NCBI RefSeq assembly: GCF_000315625.1
Contig: NW_005434632.1
Span: 95,901 to 159,900 of the forward strand
From: Guillardia theta CCMP2712
Taxonomy: Eukaryota; Protista; Cryptophyta
DNA length: 64,000 bases
Direction of reading: 5' to 3'
Positions 12,091 to 24,032 of this stretch are shown here, in pieces (the first letter of the stretch is position 1; each line of letters opens with the position of its first letter). The position numbers and the translations under genes were made by a program. The notes under the pieces were generated by a model. The model was not told where the DNA came from, ran no database searches, and worked only from the letters and a program-made list of their open reading frames with translations.

Positions 12091-13767
12091 ATGGTTGAGA
12101 CGAGGAGGAGCAGGTTGAGGACGGATGATGTGGGATCAGGGCATATGACATGGTCGGCGAGGCTCAACGTGGCGAACCTTCACCAGTCGTTCCGATGCTT
12201 CATGGTGTTCTTTGCATGCTACCTGCTAGTCTCGGTCGTCTTGACATCGATGGTGTTCTTCAAGAACTTCGACAACTTGGGCCAGCAGCTCATGTTTGCC
12301 TCGGACCACTGCCCTCGTCTGCTCCCCAGCAAGAGGATTCTTCTATGCTCCATCCTTCGCAACGCTAACCTCGTCCTTCCTGCATGGCGCAAGTCAGTCG
12401 TGGGCCTGGCGGAGTGCGTGAAGAAGAGAGGAGGGGAGCTCCTGGTGAGCGTGTGGAGCGACAAGAACACTGATGACGTCACGTCGCCGGAGCTTCAGAA
12501 GCTCTCGGAGCAGCTCAAGACCATTGGGGTCAAGCATGTCGTAGAGCACAACGGGAAAATGCCCGAGGAGAAGCAGAAGGCCAACAGGATCGTTCGGCTC
12601 TCCTGGGCCCGCAACCAGGCGCTTGAGCAGCTGGGCCTCGAAGTCCTTGACCATGTCGACGCCATTCTCTTCATCAACGACGTGCTGTGGACGGTGAAGG
12701 ACGCGATGAAGTTGCTGCACGAGCAGAGGAAGGAGGGTTACGACGCTCTTTGCGGGTTGGACTACATGTACAACTTCTACGATACCTGGGTGAGTCGGTC
12801 AGACAGCCTGGGCCCGTTCTCAGGTTTCTACCCGTGGGTACACAAGTCGGATGCGAGCCTGACCTCGCTGTCTGCTGCTGTCAACTCCAGGACCTTCCGT
12901 GTCGGCAGCTGCTGGAACGGAATGTTTGTCGCCAACGCCGTTCCCTTCGGTAGCAAGCACAAAGTTCGCTTCAGGACGGGGCAGCAATTCTACAGCGCCG
13001 TCCTGCTCCTGCGCTCTCCCCCCTCGGATCCTTCTGATGTCACCGGGGAGCTCCTGCACTTTCATGCTGGCCGCTCGTCTCCTGTCGACGGGCCGAGGAT
13101 GTACGAGCTCGCAGCGGGAGGGAAGGACGAGGTCGGTGTGCTCTGGGCGGGGAACCTGACGCAGGTGCTGGTCGTGTCCAACGGCAGCCGATACCTCTAC
13201 TCTGAGGCAGACGGGCAGGGGCAGGTCGTGCGCCCTCGAGCTGGGGCTCCAGCTGAGTTCAGCGGTCGCCTCCTCCACCTTCGTCCGATCAGTTACAAGG
13301 AGATCCGATGGCCCGAGTGTGAGCCGAGCAGCGAGTCGCTGCTGTATGCCGTTGACTTCCACAGGCTGGGCTACTCGAAGATGGCCGTCGACCCCAGCGT
13401 CCGCGTCTTCTACTCGTCGATCCACGTGGTTTTCTCCTTCTTCCTCGTGTATCCAGCTGAGGCGATGCTGAGCTTGTACTGGCGCCTGGTTGAGCTCCTC
13501 GGGTTGACACGGCGGGTTGAACGATGGGAGCTCCCATACGACAATAAGACGCTGGGCAGCACAACTTGCATCAGGCCCGAGCCTGACTTTCCTTTCTTTC
13601 TTCTCCCTCTGCTCCCCCTGGTCCTGGTCCTCCTTCTCTTCGCCATCGTGATTACTCGCTGGCACTTTGGCCGCAAGGCGCAGGAGGGAAAACGTACCAA
13701 CTTGGCCTACCGGAGACTAGGGTCAGCCTCTGAGCGGCATGAAAGGGACCTCGAGATGGCGATCTGA
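12091..13767 (+). CDS. CAP59/CMT1-like alpha-1,3-mannosyltransferase (GT69), intronless
   Basis: N-terminal TM; RIVRLSWARNQAL, ILFINDV, CGLDY, FYDTWVSR, VGSCWNG, SESLLYAVD; extra C-terminal TM. Confidence 0.85.
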   Translation: MVETRRSRLRTDDVGSGHMTWSARLNVANLHQSFRCFMVFFACYLLVSVVLTSMVFFKNFDNLGQQLMFASDHCPRLLPSKRILLCSILRNANLVLPAWRKSVVGLAECVKKRGGELLVSVWSDKNTDDVTSPELQKLSEQLKTIGVKHVVEHNGKMPEEKQKANRIVRLSWARNQALEQLGLEVLDHVDAILFINDVLWTVKDAMKLLHEQRKEGYDALCGLDYMYNFYDTWVSRSDSLGPFSGFYPWVHKSDASLTSLSAAVNSRTFRVGSCWNGMFVANAVPFGSKHKVRFRTGQQFYSAVLLLRSPPSDPSDVTGELLHFHAGRSSPVDGPRMYELAAGGKDEVGVLWAGNLTQVLVVSNGSRYLYSEADGQGQVVRPRAGAPAEFSGRLLHLRPISYKEIRWPECEPSSESLLYAVDFHRLGYSKMAVDPSVRVFYSSIHVVFSFFLVYPAEAMLSLYWRLVELLGLTRRVERWELPYDNKTLGSTTCIRPEPDFPFFLLPLLPLVLVLLLFAIVITRWHFGRKAQEGKRTNLAYRRLGSASERHERDLEMAI

Positions 13768-14181
13768 TCAGCCAAGAAACGAGATCCGATCCCTGCCCGT
13801 CTCAGCCGGCTCCTTCTTGCCCTTCCTGTAAGTTACCAGAGTTGCCCTTACACAGTGTCGGTCAAGCTCGGGGGGCTCAGCCGAGTCCAGCTGTTGCCCT
13901 GCTGCTGGCTACATCAGCTGGGGCAGTGTGACCGTACATGGGCTGCTATGAGGCAGGGCCGCTACGAGGCTCAGGCCCACCGCCGGCCATCGGCTGCCGC
14001 TGCTCAACATGGAAGAGCCTGTGACCACTCTGACGGGGCGTTGCCCTCAGGCTGTAGTACGGTACGACAAGTCCGACGACCACCGCAGGAATAGAGCATG
14101 ATCCTAGTGCCGTCATGAGTGAAGTGTCCGGTCACGTCAGACTGAACATCCAGAAAGACGATGTGATAGGAAGGCTGGTTG

Positions 14182-16680
14182 TTACAAACATTCGAACTCA
14201 TGTAATTCTACTGTATTTAGCTCCTCTGCTCCTATCCGAGGCTCCGATGGGTGTTGCGCACTGACCGTCATCTTTAGCAAGCGGAACTTTTTCCCGCCTT
14301 CCTCCACGCTCGTCGCCTCCCTGATGCACTGCAAGCTTGTCCTCCACTCCTCAAACCCAGCAGGCGACACAAGTCTTCCAGTGAACACATGCAAGTCTGC
14401 CTGCCCGTCCTGCCTCTCCTGTGTCGTTTGCACACCCAAGATCTGCACACGCTGCGCCTCCCCTTTCTCCAGGCCCGCGGGAAAATCCGCGAGCATGCGA
14501 TCGACGCACATGGTTCCGGAGGAAGGCAGCACGCCAGCAGCAGCCTCTTGGTTCAAGATGACGTCGAGAAGAAGCTCTCCGCTCGTCTCGAAGAAGGCGC
14601 GGATGATGGAAACTACCAGCTGTAATTTTGTCTCTTCTCTAGTCATGATGATCCCAAACCAAGCCTGTGCCAGTGCCGGCAGCACGTCGTTGCGATTCGA
14701 CGCGCTTAGCTTCCTGGCGTTGGCGAGGTAGTCTTCAGCTCCAATCTTTGACACCCTCAGCTGGACGTCTCCAGGGAAGTTGCTGGAGGTGTGGTCCCAA
14801 TCGAGCAGGATCTTCAGCGCCTTGCCCTCCTCCCGCTCGTCCACGACTTGGCTGGAGCGGATGCGCTCGGTCAATCTGAACCAGAGCTGGTTGAACCTCT
14901 TGCGTTTCATCGAGATCTCCTCCTCGCGCCCTCCCCCTCCTCGGTTGCTGATGTCTTGGATGACGATGCTCTCTGGAAACGAGTACTCCTGCACACACCA
15001 CAAGCGCCTCTCATACCAATCTTGCTCCAAGATCCTTGAGTCCCCTGTGTTGTTGAACGCCACGACGATGCCCCCGGAAGAAAAGAGGCCAATCATGCGC
15101 GGGATCAGCGCGTTCCTGTGCGCCTCCTTCACCCTCTCGTGCTCTTGGCTTCCAGCAGGGTTTACCTGAGGTATCGAGAACTGGTCCATCCAGACATATT
15201 CTTGGCTCCTGCCATCCAGTGCCTGCACCATCCCCTCGAGCATCGGCTCCACCATCGTCACGGTCCAGTCGAAGCCCTCGTTGTCCAGGAGGCGAATCTT
15301 GTAGCAACGTGGCGCTTGGGCATCCGGAGACATCTTCTTATACATAGTCTCATCACTCCATCGGTAGCTGATCACCGCCGACAGGTCTATCCTGTCTTGG
15401 CTGGCAAGGTAGGTAGGGATGCGCACCCCGTGCTCTACAACTGGAGGCCCATCCTTGCTCTCCTCCAAGATGCGCGAGAACTCAGCGACCAGGCGCGTCT
15501 TGGACAGGATCAGTCCGAAGTGGTCCACAGTCTCGCGCTTCAGAACCTCCTCCACGGACATCTCCCGATCTCTGACCAGGAACAAGAAAACTGTCAAGAT
15601 CACGCAGATGACGAGCAGGGCAGCCGCAAAGTGGTTGATACCCCCGAGGGCTCCCAGGTCAGCCAGCTGGCAGCCGCCGATCCATGGCACTGACAAGAAC
15701 CAGAGGAACGAGGCCACGACCTTGCGCCTTGGCCTGGAGATCATGGACACAACGTCCCGTGAGATAAAGGGCTCCCCGGAGGCGAACAGGGAGGAGAAGA
15801 TCCGCACAGGAAGGTACAAGATTCCTCCATCAATCAGCAGGATGACCCCGGTCAGGGCCAGCACGATGGGAGCTAAGACGGGTTGCAGGTCAGCCGGCAC
15901 CACCTCGAACACTCCTGCTACCAGAGCAAGGGCAGGCAGGAAGAGCAAGCCTGCCAGGCATGACGAGTAGAGCTGCCGCAGCTCACTGCAGGAGACCCAG
16001 GCCCAGAACACGTTGTTGACGCTTGACTTGTTGAGAAGGATGTTCTCTAATACTCGTGACTGTAGCGTGAAATCTCCCTTAGAAGCAAGGACGACGGTCT
16101 TTAAGATGATTCCCACCGACACCCCTAGGAAGCAAGCGTATGCTCCTATTAAAGGCTGCAAGCTGCAGATGACACAACTAGTCACACCGTCGTATCCACT
16201 GCCGTAATCCTGCCGGTATTGACAGTTGGTTGCCGCCTGACTGTTCTGAATCTCGAAGTAGATTCCCACCACTACTAACAGCCATAGCAGGATACCGAGA
16301 TCAGTCAGAGTGTTCAGTTCCCTGATGCGCTTCTTCTGCGCCATGCAGAGTTGCGGAGTACACAGAGCGAGCAGGTTGCGGTTCGCGTCTAGTTGGCTCT
16401 GAACGAACATGCGGGTGAACATCCTCCTGGCGAGGGAGTACATCCAAAAGAGCACCTCCACCCCGAACAGCAACAAGCAGAAGATCAGAGGAGCGAGCAC
16501 AACTACCCCTACAGTGCCAGTGAGGTGACGGAAGCATCTACCACTGCTGTAGGACCAGAACACGAAGTACGCCAGGGAGAGCACCTTGAAGCAAGCGAGA
16601 GTCCGGGCGATGAAGATGAAGGTTGCCCTCCTGAGTGTCACGACGTTGAGGAAGTCCACGATGATGTTTGAGCATTGCAT
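14182..16680 (-). CDS. Multi-pass membrane protein with cytoplasmic HET (heterokaryon incompatibility)-like domain; 5' end uncertain
   Basis: Roughly 8-9 hydrophobic segments, then AVISYRW, YVWMDQFSIPQ, RMIGLFS, WYERRLWCVQE, which follow the HET motif order. Confidence 0.75.
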   Translation of the reverse strand: MQCSNIIVDFLNVVTLRRATFIFIARTLACFKVLSLAYFVFWSYSSGRCFRHLTGTVGVVVLAPLIFCLLLFGVEVLFWMYSLARRMFTRMFVQSQLDANRNLLALCTPQLCMAQKKRIRELNTLTDLGILLWLLVVVGIYFEIQNSQAATNCQYRQDYGSGYDGVTSCVICSLQPLIGAYACFLGVSVGIILKTVVLASKGDFTLQSRVLENILLNKSSVNNVFWAWVSCSELRQLYSSCLAGLLFLPALALVAGVFEVVPADLQPVLAPIVLALTGVILLIDGGILYLPVRIFSSLFASGEPFISRDVVSMISRPRRKVVASFLWFLSVPWIGGCQLADLGALGGINHFAAALLVICVILTVFLFLVRDREMSVEEVLKRETVDHFGLILSKTRLVAEFSRILEESKDGPPVVEHGVRIPTYLASQDRIDLSAVISYRWSDETMYKKMSPDAQAPRCYKIRLLDNEGFDWTVTMVEPMLEGMVQALDGRSQEYVWMDQFSIPQVNPAGSQEHERVKEAHRNALIPRMIGLFSSGGIVVAFNNTGDSRILEQDWYERRLWCVQEYSFPESIVIQDISNRGGGGREEEISMKRKRFNQLWFRLTERIRSSQVVDEREEGKALKILLDWDHTSSNFPGDVQLRVSKIGAEDYLANARKLSASNRNDVLPALAQAWFGIIMTREETKLQLVVSIIRAFFETSGELLLDVILNQEAAAGVLPSSGTMCVDRMLADFPAGLEKGEAQRVQILGVQTTQERQDGQADLHVFTGRLVSPAGFEEWRTSLQCIREATSVEEGGKKFRLLKMTVSAQHPSEPRIGAEELNTVELHEFECL

Positions 16681-16994
16681 GCTGGTCAATGATATCAAAA
16701 GCTGACCTTCTATCCCTTTTCTTCTTCTCACTCTGCCCAACTACCCATGCAGCAATGGTGTCCTCTCCTCAAGAGTTTCGACCTCCCAGTCAGATCTCAC
16801 AAGTCATGTTCATCTCCACCATATCTCTCTTTGACTTCCTTGTCCTTTCACAACCATGTCCTCTCTTCTTCTCTCCTCTCCCCTCATAACGCTCGCGCCT
16901 ATCCAAACTGCATTTTTTTCCCCGACAAAACTGACCTTTTGGGTCGCCCGACCTGGTCCGACCGGATTGGAATCTGAGGCGAGCGCGGTTCATC

Positions 16995-17094
16995 NNNNNN
17001 NNNNNNNNNNNNNNNNNNNNNNNNNNNNNNNNNNNNNNNNNNNNNNNNNNNNNNNNNNNNNNNNNNNNNNNNNNNNNNNNNNNNNNNNNNNNNN
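16995..17094. other. Assembly gap (100 N)
   Basis: Run of n characters. Confidence 1.
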
Positions 17095-17171
17095 TCCTGT
17101 CCTGTCCTGTCCTGTCCTGTCTGTCCTGTCCTGTCCTGTCCTGTCCTGTCCTGTCCTGTCCCTGTCCCTGT

Positions 17172-17237
<66 letters not shown>

Positions 17238-17395
17238 TGTCCCTGTCCCTGTCCTGTCCTGTCCTGTCCTGTCCTGTCCTGTCCTGTCCTGTCCTGTCCT
17301 GTCCTGTCCTGTCCTGTCCTGTCCTGTCCTGTCCTGTCCTGTCCTGTCCTGTCCTGTCCTGTCCTGTCCTGTCCTGTCCTGTCATGTCATGTCAT
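17095..17395 (+). repeat. (CCTGT)n/(CCCTGT)n microsatellite, probably intronic
   Basis: Seen directly, adjacent to the gap. Confidence 0.95.
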
Positions 17396-17429
17396 ATCAT
17401 GTCCTTTTCTTCATTGCAATCAGATTTCA

Positions 17430-18820
17430 CCTGTCTTGGCTTACATGCACATCAGGACGCGTTGATGATGGCTGATCTATACTCTCTCTATCCCGAGAGC
17501 GTTCTTTCCATCTCCACAAACGTTCTATGGTGGCCCAGTCTCTTCAGGAACCCTCGCTTGGCGCACAGGGTCGAGCAGTGGGGGTTGGCAGATCCGGATG
17601 CTTTCTTTGGTTGTGCAATGAAGTACTTGTTCCATCCGAGCAAAGAGCTGCAACAAGCTCTCGAACCTCTTCTTGTACAGTCTTGCTGTTCCACAGCGAC
17701 GTTGCTAATGTGTTTGCAGGAGCAGATACGAGGAAAGTACACGGTCGGCATGCACTTGCGGCTAAACCCGATGAACGGGCAGGTGATATCATGCCAAGAT
17801 GTTGTCTTGTGCGAGTGACGGAGCTGCTGAGACAGGCTAGGGTAGAAGATATGAACTCCTACGTGGAATGTGGAAGAGACATCCTTGCGATGAACGGAAG
17901 AGAATGGAACGATACGGGTGAAATCTCTCTCCTCCCCTACCCTCCCTCCCTCCCTCCCTCCCTCCCTCCCTCCCTCCCCTCCCCTCCCCTCCCCTCCCTC
18001 CTCCTGACGGCCCTCTTAAAGATGTCAGATGGATCGTTGCAACAGATCTGCCTGATATCATTCCTGATCTTCAACAGGCCTTGGGGACACGGCAGCTAGT
18101 CTGGTATGCACTTGATCCTTTGCTCTTGTTGGCTGATCTAGAGGAGGGCAGGTACGACGCACCACAGGACGATGGTACTGGAGTATCAGACGTCGCAGTG
18201 AGTTAACATGTTCCGCGCATGGTGGTGCTCAAAGATGCGATAGACGCAGGAAGAGAGGGAGGAGGAGGATGCCTTTGCGCTCAAGCGAGCTGTTGATCAC
18301 TACCTGCTCTCGATGAGCAACGAGACCATCATTACCTTTGCAAGCACATACGGGCTTGCTGCTGCTCACTTTCAACCAGGTGGTTCTTGTTTTCTTCCCT
18401 GTCGCTCTGTGACGGGATGGGCACAGAAAAGCGGCATCACTACAATTACGGCCGCCATTATCATCAGCCGAACATGTCTCCTGCCTGTGAGCTCCGAACA
18501 TGCTCTCTATCGCAACCATGCTTTAACAAGGCGTTCGGCTACTTCGGGTACTGGAGGAGGAGATGAGAGGGACAGAATTGGAACACAGTCAGACTAGAAC
18601 TGATCGAGTGAGTGAAGGAAGCTGGAAGTTTAGGAGATTTATCCATGACACCTGTACTGGGAAAGACAACAAGCTGATGATGTTTCTTTCAACAGGTTGT
18701 GTGACTCGGATATCATCTACAGCCATGGGGTGGACTTCCTTGACTCCATGGATCAGATGTACGACTTTTCGTCCAAGCCCCTCCGCCTACCGAGTCAATG
18801 CTCCAAAACGGACATGTAGG
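17430..18820 (+). CDS. Fucosyltransferase-superfamily (GT37/GT23-like) protein, 3' part; 5' end in the gap
   Basis: FGCAMKYLFHPS, YTVGMHLR (motif I), WIVATD (motif II), DHYLLSMSNETIITFASTYGLAAA (motif III), across short introns. Confidence 0.7.
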
Positions 18821-18899
18821 CTGTGACGTGGAGAAATAGTGTGAATAGAGATTGCCTTCACCGATGTCTCTGTGCTCTTTCCGTACATGTTTGTTCATC

Positions 18900-21076
18900 T
18901 CAAAGCTCTTTCGGATCATTACTATCGGCTATTCCTTCAGCTTTCACTTGATTTTCCTCCTCAAGTTCTTCTGATTCTTGTTCTGTACATGTCTCATCCA
19001 AGATCTGACAAACGTGAGCGGATTTCAGAGCGCTAATCAGCGTCACCTCAAGAGATCTTGTCGCTTCTCGTTTCTCGAGATCGCAGGAGCTTTGCTGAAA
19101 CATGTGTCACCTCTTAGACTCACTATTCGAAGTGTAAAGCTCACCTGAATCTTGCAGAGAAGTTGTTTAAATCCGACAGAGAGAATTGGCTGGTGTGCAA
19201 CAATCAGCACAGCGGTAAACCCATCACCATGTAGCTGGCGCAATACAGTCAGGCATGATCGCAGACCTGCTGATTCTCCTCGCTTATCGCCAGCGATCCT
19301 ACAGCCCCAACCTGATCCTTTCGTCATCCCTCATGCGCGCAAATCTTGCTACAAGGAACCGCCGCCCAGGCACAGACGCGCTGAGACAAGTCTTGGTTGA
19401 CCTCCTGCAGGAGTAAAGCTTCAGATGCTCTGCTCGCTCACCAGCACGGATACCTCCGACGGACGTTGAAGTTGCTGGCATGCAATCTCACTCTGATTCT
19501 GATTGTTTCCGTCACAAGGGGTGAAGCTTGTCATGGCTATGAGTATGATTGAAGGGAGTCTCTTACCAGACTCCCTTCAATCATGCTATGAAGCTCAAGA
19601 AGAAAAACTCTCGTCTGCACAAGATCTCTCCGCATCTATCAAACATTCAATGACTGCTCCGCAAGAGATAGAGATCCTGGCATTGACACCTTGGCGTTAT
19701 CTTGTACTTTGCGTGCGCTTGAGGTATATGAACCATCGAACGAGTTGTAGACATCAAGAACAAGCTGAAAAATGATGTAAGCTGACAGATCAAGATTATT
19801 TCCCACCTCACTTTTTGCAGGCAAGCAGCAGACCACATCTTCAGGAGAGGTGTACATGTACCCATTAACACATATGATATTGTTTTCACTGCGTTATGGT
19901 GATGCGCCGACTCCTGTCAGAGGATTACAGCAGGCATACAATACTTCACCGAGCACACGTACAAGGTTATCCCTGCTGTTTGTGATTAAAGTCCACACAG
20001 TCTTCGCAGCTTGTTCACCCGCAGCCAACTCGTCCTGTGACGCATTTGCGGCAGAGGATCGTGAAATCATGTCGAGGAGCTGTCGACAGATTCAGCATCG
20101 CTCGACATCAACTCGATTCGAAGACATGACTTCTTTCATGCCGCATCCCTCGGGCGCCCATGATTGCAAGCCGATCATCTCACTTATTGCTGGGTTGTCC
20201 AGAGAGAGCAAATGAATTGCCTTACATGCTCAGTGAGTAGTGAGCTGTGGGAGCATCCCGTCGATCTCACCTCGGCAGCGCTTCTCCGTACTTGTACGTC
20301 TGAGTGTTTGAGCAGAGAAGTGATTGATTGTATCAGAGAGGTTCCTTTTCTGACAAACATGTGCTGCTTGCCCCTCGCCTATTCCATCGTTCGCGTCAAA
20401 GATATCTGATCCTATTCGAGCAAAAGAATTTTCTCCTCTCACCGCTCGCGTCAACCTTGTTTTGATGATCCTTTCATCTCCGTTCTTCAGAAACTTAATC
20501 ATGTTCTTCAAACCCAACGGAGGATCATTCTCAATGTCAAGAGATATCTTCTCTGTGTAGTCCAGACCAGTGGAGCTGCAAGCGAAAAGTTAAAGCAAGA
20601 CACTGTGAGGGGTTAAGTCGCCCGGAGAGTAGCAAGTACATCATCTATGAGATACTTGCAACCAGATTAGCCATGAAGCACGTACTGCTGATTCTTCACT
20701 ATGACATCACCTCTGGTGCTCTCAGGTAGCATCTTGACAGTGCAAAGCTGTCCTATCTGACCTTCCCTCGTTTGAGAAGCATCACGTATCGCACAACACA
20801 ACAACATAGTACAGCATGGCGATGATCACAAACTTTATGCCACCGTCCGACAAAACTCAACCTGCTGTATTTTAGAATGTCGTCTTGTTGATCCATCGGC
20901 TCCACATTCACCAAGAGTTTCTGCTGATCTTCCGATTGAGCTTTCAAGGAACCCGTTGGTACCAGAATGGCGTGCAGCAGCAACAGAGCAGCCACGAGCC
21001 GCAGCTGAAGGCGAGCAGGCGGAGAAGCAGGAGACGCCGAGGAGCCTCTCGGACAAGTCGAGCTTCTTGTCGCCAT
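18900..21076 (-). CDS. Hypothetical secreted/membrane protein (multi-exon)
   Basis: N-terminal hydrophobic segment RLVAALLLLHAILVPTG, several open exons bounded by GT/AG. Family not recognised; 3' end approximate. Confidence 0.5.
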
Positions 21077-21170
21077 CTCGTACCAGTCCCTCAGCGACTA
21101 CCGCACATCACGCTACCGTTAGTATCGTTTTGCGCATTGGTACCTGCAATACAAACGTACTACCTGAAAC

Positions 21171-21193
21171 GTTTACTCATCGAAAGTTAAGTT
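21171..21193 (+). mobile_element. Variant micro-element GTTTACTCATCGAAAGTTAAGTT
   Basis: Same motif with 4 extra nt; AAAC on both sides (21167-21170 and 21194-21197). Confidence 0.4.
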
Positions 21194-21567
21194 AAACTCG
21201 ATGTGGGGATGTGGGCTAGTGACGAACAGTCAGCTTCATGGCTATATCGCCCCCATGAGACAGCGAGAGAGAGAGGCGGGGGAGGCAGAGAGGGAATGGT
21301 GAAGCCAGTTGACAAGTGATGATGTTGAAGTGCTAGAAGGAAGCGTGAACTAATGAAAGAGTGATACTTGCAATGGTTAACGAGCGAAGAGAAGAAGGAT
21401 TTGGTGGACCCTTTTGTTGAACCACTGCAATTTTAATTTGACTTAGAGTTGTCGAGCATACACATGGATCGTGAAGGGCTTACATGTATTGTCGATATGG
21501 AGAGCTCAGACGAGCATGCCCATATAGTTCTACACTCGTAATGCGAAACCCATGTTATGCTGCCCGT

Positions 21568-22362
21568 TCATTTGGATGTCGAGCTGTTTTTTGCTGAGAT
21601 TTTATTCCTTTTCAGAATGATCGCTTCCAAGCTCGTGCTCGATGCGGGCAATGGTGTGGACTCCCAAGGCTTGGGGGTTCCCTCCTTTTCCCACTTCCTG
21701 AAACTAGGTCAGCGATTGCACTGTCTCGTTCTTATGAAGTTTTTGTACATTGTTTGACCTAGGATGGTGAGAAAAGATCTTGTACTGACAATTGTGATTT
21801 ATAAGGGATGAAGCGCACTCCCGAGCTCTCGCAAACCTTGAAGAGACAAAAGTCTGTGCAGTTGTCGTCTGGCCGACTTGCTAAGGTAACACGTGAAACT
21901 TGCCCATTCCACTGCCCTGCAGACTGACGAGACAACAGGTTACCATTTAAGACACTTCAGCCATGCACACATAAGGAATGGCGAATATCTTGCCTGAGCT
22001 TCCGTGAACTGCTCAAGTAGATGATAGCCAGGAGGGTGAAATTTATTGAAGGCAACCGATGTTTTTCAAAGACTCTAGTCTGGCGTTTGAGTTAGTCATA
22101 GTCCAGCATCACTTCTCTGGTGCTAGCGTTGAGATGATTCGAATTCACCGATTTGCCGCATTGGTGTACTATACAGGTCCACCGTGTCATATGATCAGTT
22201 CAACATGATATCAACTCACCGAGACGGGATGAGAGACAGCACTTGTGACAGAGAGAACCAACCCTCTTCCGAAAAGTTCCGGAATTTCGGAACTTCCTGA
22301 ACAGTTGCACTGCTAGCAGCCAATGATTGGCGGCCGCCGGTGGCAGAAGCAGTGAGACGCAT
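21568..22362 (-). CDS. Small hypothetical spliced protein
   Basis: MRLTASATGGRQ...FRNFSEE followed by a GT donor; last exon FRKWEKEGTPKPWES...STSK*. Confidence 0.4.
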
Positions 22363-23008
22363 AACGAACTGGAACTTGAGGCTTCGGAACGCACCCGCTG
22401 ATGAATGATGAGAGTCCAAACTGTGACAAAGGACTGAGTGACAGGCTCTGACGCCGCCCTGAGCAGGCTCCGAGGCAGAAAGTTGGCCACCTCGGCCCGC
22501 GGACGGCCGCGGACTCGGATACTTGAAGTGAAACGGGCCGTAAGGCTTCCGGTGTCGGACCGTCAGATGTTAAGTTACTGTACGGGAAGCACGGTCGGGG
22601 TGGCAACCGTACTACGGTAGGGCCTGGCTGCCGCGCGGCCGGAGTCCGACCGCTGCCGCGCCGCCTGACTCTGTGAGTGGCCGTGCCCGGGCAAGTTCCG
22701 CCGGACTCCCGGAGTCCGGCGGGGACCGTACCTTCAGTTCGGAAGTTCCGATTCCCGCCGGGAGTCCAACGGACTCGCCGGGACTCACTTGCAGTTCACT
22801 GTCACTGGCAAGCAATCATTAAATCATCGCCGACGCCGGGTGTACAGGTACGGTCACTGTACACTACCGTACTAAACCCTACTTCGAGTCCGGCGAGAAA
22901 CTTGAAAGGCTCTCCGCCGGGCGGCCGGGGCCCGGCCCGGGCCGCCGGGCGGCCCGATGGTTTCAAGTAAGTTGACCCGCCGTGCGGTCGGGCCCAGCGA
23001 TCACCGGC

Positions 23009-23021
23009 TTTCTTTACTCAA
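23009..23021 (+). mobile_element. 13-nt micro-insertion TTTCTTTACTCAA with 6-bp flanking direct repeat
   Basis: ACCGGC at 23003-23008 and 23022-23027. Confidence 0.55.
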
Positions 23022-23170
23022 ACCGGCGGGTCGCTCAACCGTCACGTTGTGACCGTCCGACGGCCCGGCCCTTCGGAACCATCCGATCCGGGTGCCGGGC
23101 CGGGCCGGTCCGGTCCGATCAGGGTCAGTATTGGCGGTCACGGCAAAAAAATAAGAGTTGTACAGCCATG

Positions 23171-23200
23171 ACTTTACTCAAAGTTAAGTTAAGTTAAAAC
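23171..23200 (+). mobile_element. 30-nt micro-insertion ACTTTACTCAAA(GTTAA)3AAC with 9-bp flanking direct repeat
   Basis: ACAGCCATG at 23162-23170 and 23201-23209. Confidence 0.7.
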
Positions 23201-24032
23201 ACAGCCATGCATTTGCCATGCCAATTCCGTGATCAGTCTTTAGGAAAGACAGACTTCCCCAATTATCTTTACTACCTGTGTGAGACGGTCCCGGATCTCC
23301 GATCCTCAGACACCCCCTACCCTGTTTTTCGATAGAGATGATTGGGGTACTCGATTCAGATACGAGCAAATTGAGAGCTGAAGTCAGCTAAAAGTATAAA
23401 ACATATCTACTGACACCAGATCCCAACGCTTCATCGCTTCTCCGCATTACTAGATTTCAAAAGTTGTATTTTTCTGTTAGAGAAGTTTCGAAACAGTTGC
23501 TTTAGGATCAATGCTGCCTGCTGTCATGTAGTAAAAGAAGTCATCGCTCAAGTACCCACCCCCATTTGGCTCCGACCTTTTGCTAGGTCACGGCTTTGTT
23601 TTATGTATCCTTTGACCCTATGGTCTTCTTTTTCCTTTGATGTACAAGAGTAAAATTAGGGAACATCTTCACCTCCTCTTTTCGGCAACATCCTAGACTA
23701 CCCCCACCCGCTGTTGTAGAGTCTCCTTCCAGGTTTCTATGTATTCTATGTACCACTACCCCCGATTCATGCTGACCAATCTGAACACTTACCCCATGTA
23801 CCACCAACGGTCATATCTGTCTCTATGAACTCATACGTCTGTGCTTACCTGAGTTTTACTAGCATCTCAATTGATGAAATTTCTACCTTACCCTTGTCAA
23901 GTGTATACCTTAAAAAATCTTTACGACCACCCCTACAAAAAATTGGTGTACCCCTACCTACATTATTCCCGCGCGACCTCTCGCCGGCAGGCAATATAAA
24001 ATAGGCTGCACACGACCTCCGTGTAACTCGCG

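Larger units (their letters stand above)
22380..23210. promoter_or_regulatory. GC/CpG-rich non-coding island between divergent genes
   Basis: Same word usage as 3200-4380; contains two micro-element copies. Confidence 0.6.

Noticed and set aside
21310-21360. Possible C/D snoRNA (GTGATGA box)
   Set aside because: No D box or terminal stem at a suitable distance.
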